A DNA stretch of 63,784 nt, filler included, from Basidioascus undulatus (taxonomy: Eukaryota): assembly GCA_000826855.1 (NCBI GenBank). It is 11 parts of 11 records of this genome, joined end to end, with 100 filler letters (N's around TTAATTAATTAA, not from the genome) between each part and the next. Parts side by side here need not be neighbours in the genome. Positions count along the whole stretch, not along the records: positions 34,900 to 40,604 come from JTLS01001887.1; positions 40,705 to 46,404 come from JTLS01001888.1; positions 46,505 to 52,202 come from JTLS01001889.1; 8 more parts are not named here. One strand, given 5' to 3'. Below are positions 36,774-48,931 of the stretch, one piece after another (positions within the stretch are counted from its first letter, which is position 1; every line of letters begins with the position of its first letter). Below the pieces are notes generated by a model. It was not told the origin of the DNA. It saw only the letters and a list, made by a program, of their open reading frames with translations, and searched no databases. The position numbers and the translations under genes were made by a program.

Positions 36774-39700
36774 ATGGCGCGCGAGATCAACGAGTCCACG
36801 ATCGCCCCCGTGCGCGCGGACGACCCGAAGAAGGACGACAAGGACAAGCAGAAGGACAAGGGCGTCGATGGGGCGAAGGGAAAGGGGAAGGGAGAGAAGG
36901 AGGAGGAGGAGCTGGTGAGTCTCTGGCTTGGTGGGTGCACGGACAGAGGGAGCGAGGAGGGTCGTGGCGAGAAGACGCTTAAAGAGCCGGTGATGGACCT
37001 GCTTGATGCGCTGGGGCCAATGAAAGTCACGAATTACGAACGAGACATAAGGCTGATTCTCTCCCCCTCCCCACCAGTCTGAAGAAGACCTCCAGCTGAA
37101 GAACGAGCTCGAGATGCTCGTCGAGCGCCTGCGGGTGCGTCTCCGCCCCTTCCCCACGCCACCCACTGTGCTCACTCCCTCTCTCTTTGATCGCTCAGGA
37201 GGGCAACACGAACCTGTACCGCCCCGCGCTCGAGACGCTGCGCACGCTCATCCGCACCGCCACCTCCTCCATGACCTCCGTCCCCAAGCCGCTCAAGTAC
37301 CTTCGCCCGCACTACCCCGCCCTCCAGGAACTGTATGAGCAGTGGCCGGCGAGTTCGGAGAAGGTGCGGTTTTCCTCCCCTCCTCTCCCTCCTCTTTCCT
37401 CCTCTCCCCTCTTCCCCGTTCCCTTGCGGGAAGCTCATGGATTCGTATTTGTTCCGCCGGGCAGTCCCTCTTCGCCGAGATTCTCTCCGTCCTCGCGATG
37501 ACCTACTCGGACACGGGCAAGCGCGAGACGCTCCTGTATCGGCTGGTGGGAGGGAGCACTGAGGAGCCTGGCTTGTGGGGACACGAATACGTTCGGTTCG
37601 TCCCTTCCCCATCCCTCTTCCCCTTCCTCCCCGCTCATCCCTCCCCACAGGCACCTCGCCTCCGAGATCGGCGAGCAATACGCACACAACGCGGCCGTGG
37701 CGACGGACACGCCCGAGCTCGCGCCGGAGGACGGGGAGGAGAAGGCCAAGAAGGATGTGGTAGGGGAGCTGCCCCCGAGTCTCCGCACGCCGCCGACCAA
37801 CGCGCAGCTCCTCGCCCTCGCCCTCGAGATCGTGCCCTTCTTCTTGCGACACAACGCCGAGCCGGACGCGGTCGACCTGCTCCTGGAGCTCGAGGCGATC
37901 GAGAAGCTTGTTGAGCACGTCGATCAGGATAATTACCAGAAGACGTGCCTTTATCTGGTTTCGTGCGTCGCTCCGTTTCTCTCCTCCCGTCTCCCCTCTT
38001 TCCCGCGTGCCTCTTCAGACTCGGGTGTAGATGGGCTGACGAACGAATGCGTGCTTGACAGCTGCGTCCCCTTCCTCCCCCCTCCCGACGACACCGCCTT
38101 CCTGCGCACCGCGCACGAGATCTACCGGCGGAACTTTCGTTTCCCCGAAGCGCTCACGCTCGCCCTGCGGCTGGACGACCCCGCACTCGTGCGCGCCGAC
38201 TTTGAAGCGCCCAAGAACAAGAGCATGCGGCAGCAGCTCGCTTTCCTCCTTGCGCGGCAGCAGGTGCCGACGCACTGGGTCGTCAACGTTGAGGAGGGGG
38301 AGGAGCTCGAGGAGGACCTTGCCGGGTGCTTCAACAATGCGAGGTTGTCCGAGAGCTATAGGGACTTTGGGAAGGCTCTCGGCGTGAGCGAGCCGAAGAG
38401 CTTGGAGGACGTTTATAAGAGCCATTTGGAGAACACCCGTGCGCTCCGCTTATTCTTGCTCGCTTCGGTGGGAGGAGAAAGGAGGGAGGAAGGATGCTGA
38501 TGGGTGCGGTGGGACTCGGATAGGCACCACCTCCGCAGCGGTCGACTCGGCGCGCGCGAATCTTGCCGGGACATTCGTCAACGCGTTTGTGAACGCCGGG
38601 TTCGGCAACGACAAGCTCATGGTCGAGGCGGAGGAGGGCAACAGCTGGATCTATAAGAACAAGGACCACGGTGCGTCTTCTCCTCCCCTTACCCTCCTCT
38701 CCCTTTTCCACTCCCCCCTACCTTCCCTTCCCTTCGATCTACCTTCGCGCTCCCTCGCACTCGCATGTCGTGGTGCTGGTAGCTGACGTGAAAGAGGGGG
38801 TTCACAGGCATGATGAGCGCGACTGCCTCCCTCGGCCTGTCGCTCCTGTGGGACACGGACGTAGGGCTCAGCCACATCGACAAGTACACGTACTCGTCTG
38901 AGGAATGGATCAAGGTTCGTTCCGCCCCTTCCCCTCCCCGCTCGCTTTCCCCTGAGATGCTGATGAGCTGGGTGTTTGTGCAGGCGGGCGCGTTCCTCGC
39001 TACTGGTCTGCTGCACGCGTCCGTCAAGACCGAGGTCGACGCGCCGCTTGCGCTCCTGTCGGAGCAGGTCGAGAACAAGTCTGTGCCGCTTAAGACGGCG
39101 GCTATCATGGGGTAAGTGGCAGGAAGGTGGTGGGAGATGGCTGAAGGAAGAGTAGGGGAGCTGACCGCCGCTGTGGTTCCGACAGTCTCGGCTACGCCTA
39201 CGCGGGCTCGCACCGCGAGGAGCTGCTCGGGCTGCTGCTGCAGCACATCTCGGACGAGACGACGTCGATGGAGGTCGCGTCCATCTCGGCGCTCGCGCTG
39301 GGCTTCATCTTCGTCGGCAGCTGCAACGGCGACATCGCGAGCACTATCCTGCAGACGCTCATGGAGCGCGACGACAAGCAGCTCGACGAGAGGTGGGCGC
39401 GGTTCTTGGCGCTCGGGCTGGCGCTGCTCTTCCTCGGTGGGTGTCGTCGAAGTATCTTGAGTCTCTTTGAGAGGCAGGAAGCTGACGGGGGACGGATGGC
39501 CGGCAATCATCGTAGGCCGCCAAGATGCCTCGGACGCGACGATCGAGACGCTCAAGGCGATCGTGCACCCGATCGCGCGCCAGGCGGTCGTCCTTGTTGA
39601 CATCTGCTCGTTTGCCGGCACGAGCAACGTGCTCAAGATCCAGGAGATGCTACACCTCTGCGCGGACCACATCGACGCCGAGAAAGAGCCCGACCTCCAC

Positions 39701-40604
39701 CAGGCGTTCGCCGTCCTTGGCGTCGCGCTCGTCGCCATGGGAGAGGACGTCGGCGCGGAGATGTCGTTGCGACAGTTCAACCACTTGGTGCGTCCGCTCT
39801 CCACATCGTAAAGAGAGCACAGAGAGAGGGGAGAAGAGAGATGAAGAGAGATTGACGGAGTGGGACGGTGCACGGGTGACAGATGCACTACGGCGAGCCC
39901 GTCATCCGCAAGACGGTCCCGCTCGCGCTCGGGCTCCTGAGCGCGAGCAACCCGCAGATGCAGATCCTCGACACGCTCTCCAAGTACTCGCACGACAACG
40001 ACCTCGCCGTCGCGATCAACGCCATCTTTGCGCTCGGCCTCGTCGGCGCGGGGACGAACAACGCCCGCCTCGCGCAGATGCTCCGCCAGCTTGCAGGGTA
40101 CTACGCTAAGGAGCCGGACTGCTTGTTCATGGTTCGCGTGTCGCAGGTGAGTGGGAGTGGCGAGTGCGGAGTGGAGGGGGACCGAGATGGCTGATAAGAT
40201 GGTGCGGTGCGCGATGGTAGGGTTTGGTCCACATGGGCAAGGGCGCAATCGGCGTCAACCCATTTCATACCGACCGGTCGTTGATGTCCAGGACAGCGGT
40301 TGCCGGGCTGCTTTCCACCATTATCGCATTCACCGATACCAAGAGCTGTGCGTGATCCCCTCCCTCCGTCTTGTTCGACTGTTGCTGACGGTGAGGCATC
40401 TTTGGGCGCGGAAACAGTCATCCTCGACAAGTCGCACTGGATGCTGTACAACCTCGTCCTCGCCATGTACCCGCGCTTCCTTTACACGCTCGACGAGGAG
40501 CTCAACCCGCTCCGGACAAACGTCCGCGTGGGCCAGGTGCGTCGCTCTTCCTCCCTCCCTCCCTCCCTTCCTCTCCCTTCCTCCCTCCCGTCCTCCCTCC
40601 GCCC
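36774..40604 (+). CDS. RPN1: 26S proteasome regulatory subunit Rpn1; 3' truncated
   Basis: [107 protein letters not shown]. Confidence 0.98.
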
Positions 40605-40704
40605 NNNNNNNNNNNNNNNNNNNNNNNNNNNNNNNNNNNNNNNNNNNNTTAATTAATTAANNNNNNNNNNNNNNNNNNNNNNNNNNNNNNNNNNNNNNNN
40701 NNNN
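40605..40704. other. Artificial contig-joining linker
   Basis: N44-TTAATTAATTAA-N44. Confidence 0.99.
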
Positions 40705-43700
40705 CAGCGAAACCGCGTGCGACTCGCCGCACCTCGCCGCGATCGAGCCGGACCGTCGCGGGGCTGAGCACGCTCGAGAGTGGGTGGGAGCTCGAGACCG
40801 AGGTGGATGAGGCTGGAGAAGTGGACGAGGAGGTGCGTCGTCGATCTTGAGTCTTCAGCTTCTTGTTTCGCGCTTGCTAACGCGAGGGATCTCCCCACAG
40901 ATCCAAGCTGCCCTTACCCAGATCTCGCGACATCACTCTACCAAAATCCTCTCCTACAAGCGTCTCCTCGAGTCCTCGCAGCATGCGTCCGCCGCGCAGC
41001 TCTACGCGCTCCAAGCAGAAGTTGCCGAGCTGCGGCGGACGCTCGAGCACGAGCGCAGCGCGCGGGAGGGCGTCGAGCGCCGGGCGCGCCGCGCGGAGAG
41101 GTGGGGAGACGCGCCGGATGGGGGGACTGCGCCTGGGAGACACGTGGGCGGTGGGGGGAACTTTGCGGAGATGCTCAAGTATGGGTTCGATGAGATCGAG
41201 GTGCGGAGGGCGGTGCGGAGTTTGAGGCAGGACGAGCGGCTCAGGCTGTGCGTAGTCCGCAACATTCCAATCGGTGTATGTTTACTGATCTAACCTATTC
41301 ACTAGCATGCACGTCATCCTCGAAGGTGCCTTTTCTCAACTTCTGCTTCGGACGCGCTGGCCGTTCTGACAGTCCCTGCTTCCGAGCCAGCTTGCCTCCC
41401 ACACGACATCTCAGCCACCATCCGGATGCTTCAGAAGTACGCCGCCTCGGCATTCGACATGCTCGGCACGCTCCCTGCGCCGCTGGCGACCCGCATCCTC
41501 TCCTTCCTCGAAGTGCGCGAGACGCTGGCCGTCTCTCTTGTTCGTCGATCCGCCTTCGTTTGCCCGATTTCACATCGTGGTCTTTGACACCCCTTGCGCG
41601 TGCAGGTTTCCAGAAAGTGGCTTGAGGCGACGAAGGAGCCGGAGCTGTGGCGGCATTACGTGCTGAGGTTGACGGCGATGGACCCGGTGCCGGTGACGCC
41701 GCCTGAGGACGAGTCGGGATGGTGCGTCGTCTTGCGGTTGGGGAGCGGGGGTGGACGTGCCGGTTCTTAGCTAAACGGCGGGTGCATAGGGAGCCGCTGT
41801 ATCGCGCTCTACATTTCCGGGAACGCAACTGGGCTATGGGGCTGCCGCAGAGCATCAAGGTCCGCTTTTTTCTAAGGTCTTCCCCCCCGCGCTGCCCACC
41901 ACCGACATACCTCCCTCGATCCACAGTTTCTGCAAGGGCACACAAAGTAGCATTTTGCGATAGGCAGTCTGGCGAGTATGCGGTACTGACAGGAACCCGC
42001 GCGCACAGCTTCGTCACCTCGATGCAGCTCAAAGGCGGTGTGCTCGTCACCGGCAGCTACGACGAGACGCTTCGGATCTGGGACCTCACGAATGGGGGCG
42101 AGTGCAAGACTGTCCTGCGCGCGAAAGGCGAGTGCGACATCCTCACGCTTTTCCTTGCGTGTCGTTGAACGACGAGGGTGTGCAGCCATCTCATGCCTCG
42201 ACTACCTCCCCGCCCGGCACACCCTCGCGGCGGGGTACCACGATGTCGGGCGCGTCGTCGTGTACTCGACGCTCACGAACCAGCCGCTCCAGGTGCTGCA
42301 AGGCCACAATCGTGGCATTCGTGCTGTCGCGTACGTCTTGGCGCACTACCTCGCTGTCGCACTCACTGATGGACGTTACATGGGCGTGTCCGAATCAGCG
42401 TCAACGATGACTTCCTCGTGTCGGCCGGCCAGGACAAGGCGCTCGTGGCATGGAACTGGAGGACGGGAGAGAGGATCGTCAGGTGCGTGGGCTGTGATTG
42501 CGCTGCAAGGTGCCGAGGCCGGTTCTGATTAGGGGGTGCGAATGAAGGTTCGGGCAGCAGACCAACCTCTGCATTGGTAGGCGTCGTGATGTAGTTCGTG
42601 AGGTTTGCAGCGCCGCTCATGCGGAGTCGTGGCGGGATAGGGGTCCAGCTCATCGACGCGGACAAGTTTGTCGCTGTCACCGTTGACTCTATCATTCGCT
42701 GCTTCTCCATCTGTGCGTTCCCACATGCATTTGCTATAAGAACACTAACAATTGAAATGTCGTCGCAGCCAAACGCGAGATGACTGCCCAGTACAAGCTC
42801 TCGTCGCTCTCACCCGAGCTTACGGGCCTGGGCGGCACGCCAGAGACGATGCTTACATGGTTCGGGGCTGAGAAGCTGTCGCTCACTGTACGGTTCCTCG
42901 TCTTGCCCCTGCCGCCCATGTTGCCCAAAGCTGATATCAAAGGTTTTGCACAGTGCGCGACGAAGAACGTCTTGATCCACCTCGAATGGGAAGAAGGCGA
43001 GGAGGTCGTCCTCGACGCCCCTCCCCCGCGCGCCAACGCCGCACCGCGCGCCTCCCTCCCGAGCACCACGTCTGTGCGCAGCCGACTCTCTGCGTCGCGC
43101 GGCCCGGGCGGTCCGCCCTCCGCGGCATCGAGCACGCGCCGGGCCTCCGGCCCTGCGGCAATCACGGCCATGATGACGAGCAAGACGCCGACGCCGTCCC
43201 CGCCGCCGAGGCGCACGCGCCTCGCACCCAAGCTCACGTCCCCGCCACGCATCGTCGCGCTCACGCGTACGCAGGACATGGCTGTCGGCGCGACGGACGT
43301 GCGCAAGCAGCGCGTCGTCATGGGCACACGGTTCTCGACCCGCGTCGGCGCGGACAGGAGGGTGCGTGACTTTCATTCGCCTTGAAGATGGCCCCGAGCG
43401 ACATGCTGATCGAGTCAAGCGCCGCGGTGACAGCTGTTCGTCTCGATGCCCAACTCGACGGAGCCCATCACGGGCATCTGGGCCGCGCTCTCGCCGAGCC
43501 CGGAGGATGTTGGCGTGGACGCGAGGGACAGCCTCGCGACGCCTGCGCGCGGGCCAATGTCCATCTGCGTAGACCACCAGCAGGCCGTCGTCGGGTGCTC
43601 GGACGGAACGTGCGTGGCCCTTTCCCTGTTTTCTCGTCTTGAGCAGCGGTGGCTCACTTAGGCGACGGAACAGCGTATACGTCCTTTCCTTTGTCGGAGA

Positions 43701-43785
43701 CAACTATCGCCCGCCTCGCGCCGCCCGCACTGACGAGGAGGCCGAGCTGGAGAACGACGAGAATGTCGCGCCGGCTGCGCTCTGA
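40705..43785 (+). CDS. F-box/WD40-repeat protein with N-terminal coiled coil; 5' truncated
   Basis: F-box FDMLGTLPAPLATRILSFL...VSRKW....EPELW; WD repeats GHTNFVT..LVTGSYDETLRIWD and LQGHNRGIRAV..LVSAGQDKALVAWNW; stop 43783-43785. Confidence 0.88.
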
Positions 43786-44522
43786 GCGCGCAGAGGCTGT
43801 CCGGTTGCGGCCGCCTTCCACTTTGGTCTCATTTTGATGCTCACATGTCCTGCATTCCTACCCTTTCCTTTCGACCCACACTCTCTTTTTCTGCGCCTCC
43901 TGCAGCCTTATAGTCCGACCTTCTTCTTTCGATTGAGCACCCTTTTCGCATTCGATACCCCACCACCCTTCTTGCATTCCCGTACACGCCACATGGTCCA
44001 GTGGCGCCCCCCTTGACATCTGGATTTGAATCGCTGAATGACATGCGGTCTGCGCACGCATTGTTCAACATCGCCAGCGTGTCGGCAGACCGCACGGGCA
44101 GCGGAACTGAAATCATCGCTGATCAATGCCACCCACAGTTTCGGCCGCAAGCCACATGGGTCCACGTCGTCAGCGTCAGAATTACGGCATCCACATAAAC
44201 ACAGATGCACACCCACATTGCTTGCAACGATGAAAATTTATACAATTTACTCAGCTTTTAGACTTTGGATAAAAAATTGTCCGGACGGCCTGCACGGATT
44301 CACGTGGAAACGCTCTGGAAATTGAGACGTTTCGGCCGACGCCGGTGCCGGCTGCTGTGGGCAGCTCGTACGCCTCCGAGCGCCTCTTGACCGCTGCAAG
44401 TCATCCAGCCTTGCCTCATTGCTCAGCGCCCTATCTTCCAACCACAACCTCCTCGCTCCATTCCCGCCGTTACTATACATTCCACACCTCTTTCGCGCCT
44501 GTAGCCGCCGCCGCCGCCAGCC

Positions 44523-46404
44523 ATGGGAAATACGTCGTCCTCGTCGGCGACGCGAGACGCGCGGGGCGAGGAGATGGTCGACGGTGGATACCTCACGCCG
44601 CCGCCGGGGTCGGTTTACGAGTCGTCGCCTCAGGACTGGCACCACCAGATCGTGCGGCAGCTCATCCTCGACCGCCGGCTGTCGCCGTTCTACAAGGGCC
44701 TACAAGAGTACGACGACGACTGGGACGACGAGACGATCCTCCGCGTCAAGTACGGCGGCGACCCGCCCGCGGCGGCGCTCAACCCGGCCAAGGGCAAGAA
44801 GGCCGCGAGCATACGGAGCAACAAGACCAAGGAGCCCGCGGTCAACTGGGAGGCGCAGGCCTACCGCGGCTCGCAGGAATGCCCAATCTGCTTTCTTGTG
44901 AGTCCCACAGTCCATCATTTGCGGCGGGGGGCAGCGTGGGCGGGAGTGGTCTCGCTCGCGGGAGGAGCCGCCGATCATTCGCCTGGCTCTGTTCGTCATT
45001 TGGGCTGTCGATGCAGTTAGCTGCCTGGCTCTTATTCCAATCAGCATCTGCTCGGCGAACTGATTTATCGCAGCGGTCCCTGTTCACGTCGTCGTCGTCG
45101 CTATCGCACATCGCTCAGGAGCAACCGCTGACGCTGACCGCCTTCCGCCTCGCCCCCGCATCTGCCTCCGCGCGCGTGCCCCCTCCTCCTCCCACAGTTC
45201 TACCCGCCCAACCTCAATCGAACACGGTGCTGCGACCAGCACATCTGCACGGAATGCTTCGTGCAGATCAAGCGCGCCGAACCCACTACCACTCATCTCG
45301 AGTCCGAGCCCGCTGCGTGCCCGTACTGCGCCCAGGATGATTTCGGAGGTGCGTCCGCGCTCCCATCTCTCCCATCTGCCCATTCAACTTTGCCTCGCTC
45401 AGACTGCTTAACGTCCTCCCACAGTTACCTATGCACCTCCTGATTGGCGATCTGGTCTGAATGCGGGAGACAGCGGCTTTGGTTCGGTGAGTTGCGGTTC
45501 GGGCACAGACGACAGGCACTGCCGGGAGCAGCCGCTCACCTCCAACTCAATTTTCGGTAGATCTCTGGTCGGCCACGCTTGCAAGAAGCCAACTCTGGCA
45601 GGTCTTCCTCATCAGACGTCGCCGGCACGCCTACCGGTGAGCGGACACGCCGCAAGTCAGTCAGCGCAACGGCGAAGGAGGTGGTCACGACCGGTCCGTT
45701 CACCCACTTTATCCCGTTACGCATGACCAATGCTGACGAGCAGAATGCGCTGGCAGACCGCGTTCGGCCCGACTGGAAAGCCAAGGTGGACGCGATCCGA
45801 GCGCAGGCGGCGCGACGAGCGAACCGGCGCATCATCATGCGCCAAGTGGGCGATCGCCTCATCCCCGTCGGCGTCACCTCTTCTCGACACAACCTCGACC
45901 CAAGCCAGCTGCCCGAGGGCATCATCCTCTCCGAGGGCGGATCGGCGGACGCTGCCGTTGCCGCTGCCGCGGCTGGGGGAAGCGGTCGGCGGCGGAGTGG
46001 ACGGGGCACGAGCAGGGGCGGGCGCGGCATCGACAACTTGCTCGGTGGGTTCGGAAGTGCGGATCTGGAGGAGGTACGGTTTTTCTTTGGACTGGCGGGT
46101 TGTAACTTGGTCGGCTCGGTGCTTACTCTGCTGCGGGGGCTGGCATGGAAGTTGATGATCATGGAGGCCATGCGGTTGAGCTTGCTCGAGGAGGAGGAGC
46201 GGAATAGGCGGGAACAGCAGCAACGCGAGCAGGAGGAACGCGAAGAGCGAGAAGCGATCGCCTCCTCGTCACAGCCGTCCACGCCCGCCGCGACTGCCGA
46301 GGGGTCCCAGCAGGAGGCGCCCTTGCCCGTCCCCCCTCCCCCAGAAGCTGCGCACACGACCTCTCCCTCTCCTGCCCCTCCCGACGCCCCGCCCGCCGCA
46401 ATCC
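44523..46404 (+). CDS. SIP5: Sip5 (Snf1-interacting, RING-like) protein; 3' truncated
   Basis: [98 protein letters not shown]. Confidence 0.95.
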
Positions 46405-46504
46405 NNNNNNNNNNNNNNNNNNNNNNNNNNNNNNNNNNNNNNNNNNNNTTAATTAATTAANNNNNNNNNNNNNNNNNNNNNNNNNNNNNNNNNNNNNNNN
46501 NNNN
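46405..46504. other. Artificial contig-joining linker
   Basis: N44-TTAATTAATTAA-N44. Confidence 0.99.
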
Positions 46505-46871
46505 GGCGCGGGGGCGGCGGCGGGCGGCGACCGGCCACGCCCGGACGTGAGCGCGACGCTCGACAGCGCGCGCAAGGCCGCGGCGGACGCGGCGGAGGCG
46601 CGGCATAAGGCGGTGCGTCCTCTTCCCCCTTCCCCTCCTTGCTTCCAAGCGACGGGGCTGATGGTGCGGTGCGGGGGCGGGGGAGCAGAACCAGCAGCGG
46701 GGCGTCCAGCCTGGCGGGGGGAACCTGAGCAAGAAGCTGCGTGAGAGCCAGAAGGCGCCCGTCTTGCCCGAGCCGCAGGCGCAAGAGCCACTACGGGTGC
46801 GTCGGCCTCTCCCCCACTGTCCCCGTCGGCGTCGGAGAAGACACTGAGCGATGGAAGTGCAGTGGGACTGA
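46505..46871 (+). CDS. Small VCP/p97-interacting protein (SVIP)-like, C-terminal part
   Basis: Spliced reading ARKAAADAAEARHKA-NQQRGVQPGGGNLSKKLRESQK...EPLR-WD* with an RxxAAxAAExR VIM-like motif. Confidence 0.6.
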
Positions 46872-48327
46872 GCCCCTTCCCCTATCACCGTCACCGCCCC
46901 CTGTCCCTGCCCCTGGATTCCGAAACCCCCTTCGACCTCTCCTTGCATACTCACCCACTCTCCCTCTCTCTCTCTGAGACGAAACACTCCCTGCCCTCCT
47001 GCCTCGTCTCTGCCTCTGCCACCCCTTCACGCTGCCCTCTTGTTCCTCGTGCTCAACACTGTATAATACCATACCCCATGTTTCTGTTTTCTCCTTTTCA
47101 TTCCAGATCTGACTCGGACTCACCTGCGACATACCCCCCTTTCCGTCCTTATGCTGAGCTGAGCGCTGCGATGGAGCTGACCGAAGTTCTCACGTCTTCC
47201 CGCCGTGTCGCGTCGCGCCCTGTCTCACCATCAGCGCCATTCAAATGTGTTCGCTCATCATCTTCAATCATGCGCTCGAGCGCGCGTTCAACCATCAAAC
47301 AACCTCCTCGCACCGTTCTTGAACACGCATTCGCTCGCTTGCTCGCTAGCTGGCCGCACACGAACTTACAACCTGCTCGCATTCGCTTCCGCTTTCGTTT
47401 TCCAACCACTCAAGCAACCCCCGCCTTTCCTACGTCAATGGTCGGCCCAGCGCAGCCCTCAGACCTCCGCACTACCCAGCCTAGCGCGCCCTCCTCTCTT
47501 CCTTCAAGCTCCCTCCTGCCCAATCTTCCTCCCACAAGCCACAGCCGCCCCTCAACCCCCCCTTCCCCTTCACCTCCTGCCCGAAAACCGCGTCTCCGGC
47601 TGCGTGTTCCCCTCAGGGACCCTGACAGCGACCGTCCCGCCGCTCACCCCAGCGGAGGGAGGCGACGTCCTCGCCCTGCAGTGTCGACCTGACCTTCCGC
47701 GCTCTTCGCGCCATCGACTGACTCAAAAAGTAAAGGTAATTATGATGCGCTCCTGAATGAAACACAGTGGGGTCCAGCTGAAAGCTATGAACTAAGCAGC
47801 CTTGTTGTGCGTGCACGCGTGTGTCGCAAGCTGCATCAGAAAGAGACGAGTCGCTCTGCGCCCCTTCCATGCCTTGGAGCACTCCTATCTGATTAAATCA
47901 GACCATTAGGCCGTCCTGAAGACCTTTGTATCGTTGAACATCGTCTGCCGTCGCTGGCTCTCTTCGTTCCCGCCTGCAGCTGCTGGGCTGCATGACAAAC
48001 AAGCTTGCGCTGTCCGGCCACGACAACACAGCCAGTGGAAGAGCGGGTCGTCAGGGGGGGATCTCCTCGGAACTCTCTGTCAGGCTACACGCAGCCAAGG
48101 CATGCAGCTGGTGCTTTGTTAACCCCGTGTGCCGTGGGATGTCGAAAGGCGACCTTCCCCTGGACGAGTGCTTTCCGAATCATGCCATCACCTACCTCAC
48201 ACAAGTGGACTTTTACTGCCGACAGTGAGCTCTACGATTGCAGTTTCTTCTCATCGGCTTCAGATGCATTTAAGCCCTTTTTTTTCTCCTGCTCTGCCCT
48301 TCCACTCCCTCCGCTCTCTCCTGCGCC

Positions 48328-48931
48328 TCAAGCCTCCCGCACGATCCCCAGCTGCAGTAGCACCTCCAGCGCCGACTCCTCCCCAATCTCCTCGGTAATC
48401 CTCCCCCACTCAACCTTGATTATCGTCGTCCCCTTATACCTAATCTTCCTCCCCGTCCCTGCCTCCTTCAGTCCCCCGGCAGGTCCGTGCACGCCGGACC
48501 CGTGTGCGTTCCCGTGCCCTCCCAGCGCGCGACGACGTAGTCGCCCTCCGCGATGAGGGACGCGAGGAACGTGTAGCTCAGGTCGGGGAAGGAGGACTGG
48601 AAGCGGGTGAGGAAAGACTTGGCGGCGGGGCGCCCGTCCTCTGGGATGGGTGGGCGGAGTGAACTGATTCTCGGATCGAAATTGGTGGAGGGGAAGAGAG
48701 GGAGGACGTACAATTGACCCGCCCAGGGGATAGTACATGTGGTAGTCCGGGGCGCAGATCTCGTCGACCTGAACGGCAGGCCCACCTCCCATGTGAGTAG
48801 TGCAGGCAGGGGATCTTCGACCCGCCGATCCTCGATGTTCAGGAAAGACGCACGATGTCAGCGTTGCCCTTCGCCCAGTACTCGACCATGTACTTCAGGA
48901 CGATGTTCTTGTTCTCTTCTATAGAGGTCAT
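48328..48931 (-). pseudogene. SnoaL-like ester cyclase (NTF2-fold), frameshifted
   Basis: MTSIEENKNIV..YW.KGN.DI-VDEICAPD, FQSSFPDL, LIAEGDYVVARWEGTGTHTGP, then a frame change in a G run near 48473, then TGRKIRYKGTTIIKVEWGRITEEIGEE..LLQLGIV. Two introns. Confidence 0.85.

Noticed and set aside
34900..36774. VWA gene divergent from RPN1 as a possible Rpn10 or proteasome cluster
   Set aside because: The motifs (RDHPPQD, DAPPHG) are not those of Rpn10; adjacency is likely incidental.
38689..40248. 519-aa antisense ORF over RPN1, and similar long antisense ORFs over ZUO1, PMT2 and the F-box/WD40 gene
   Set aside because: Shadow ORFs caused by high GC3 codon bias.
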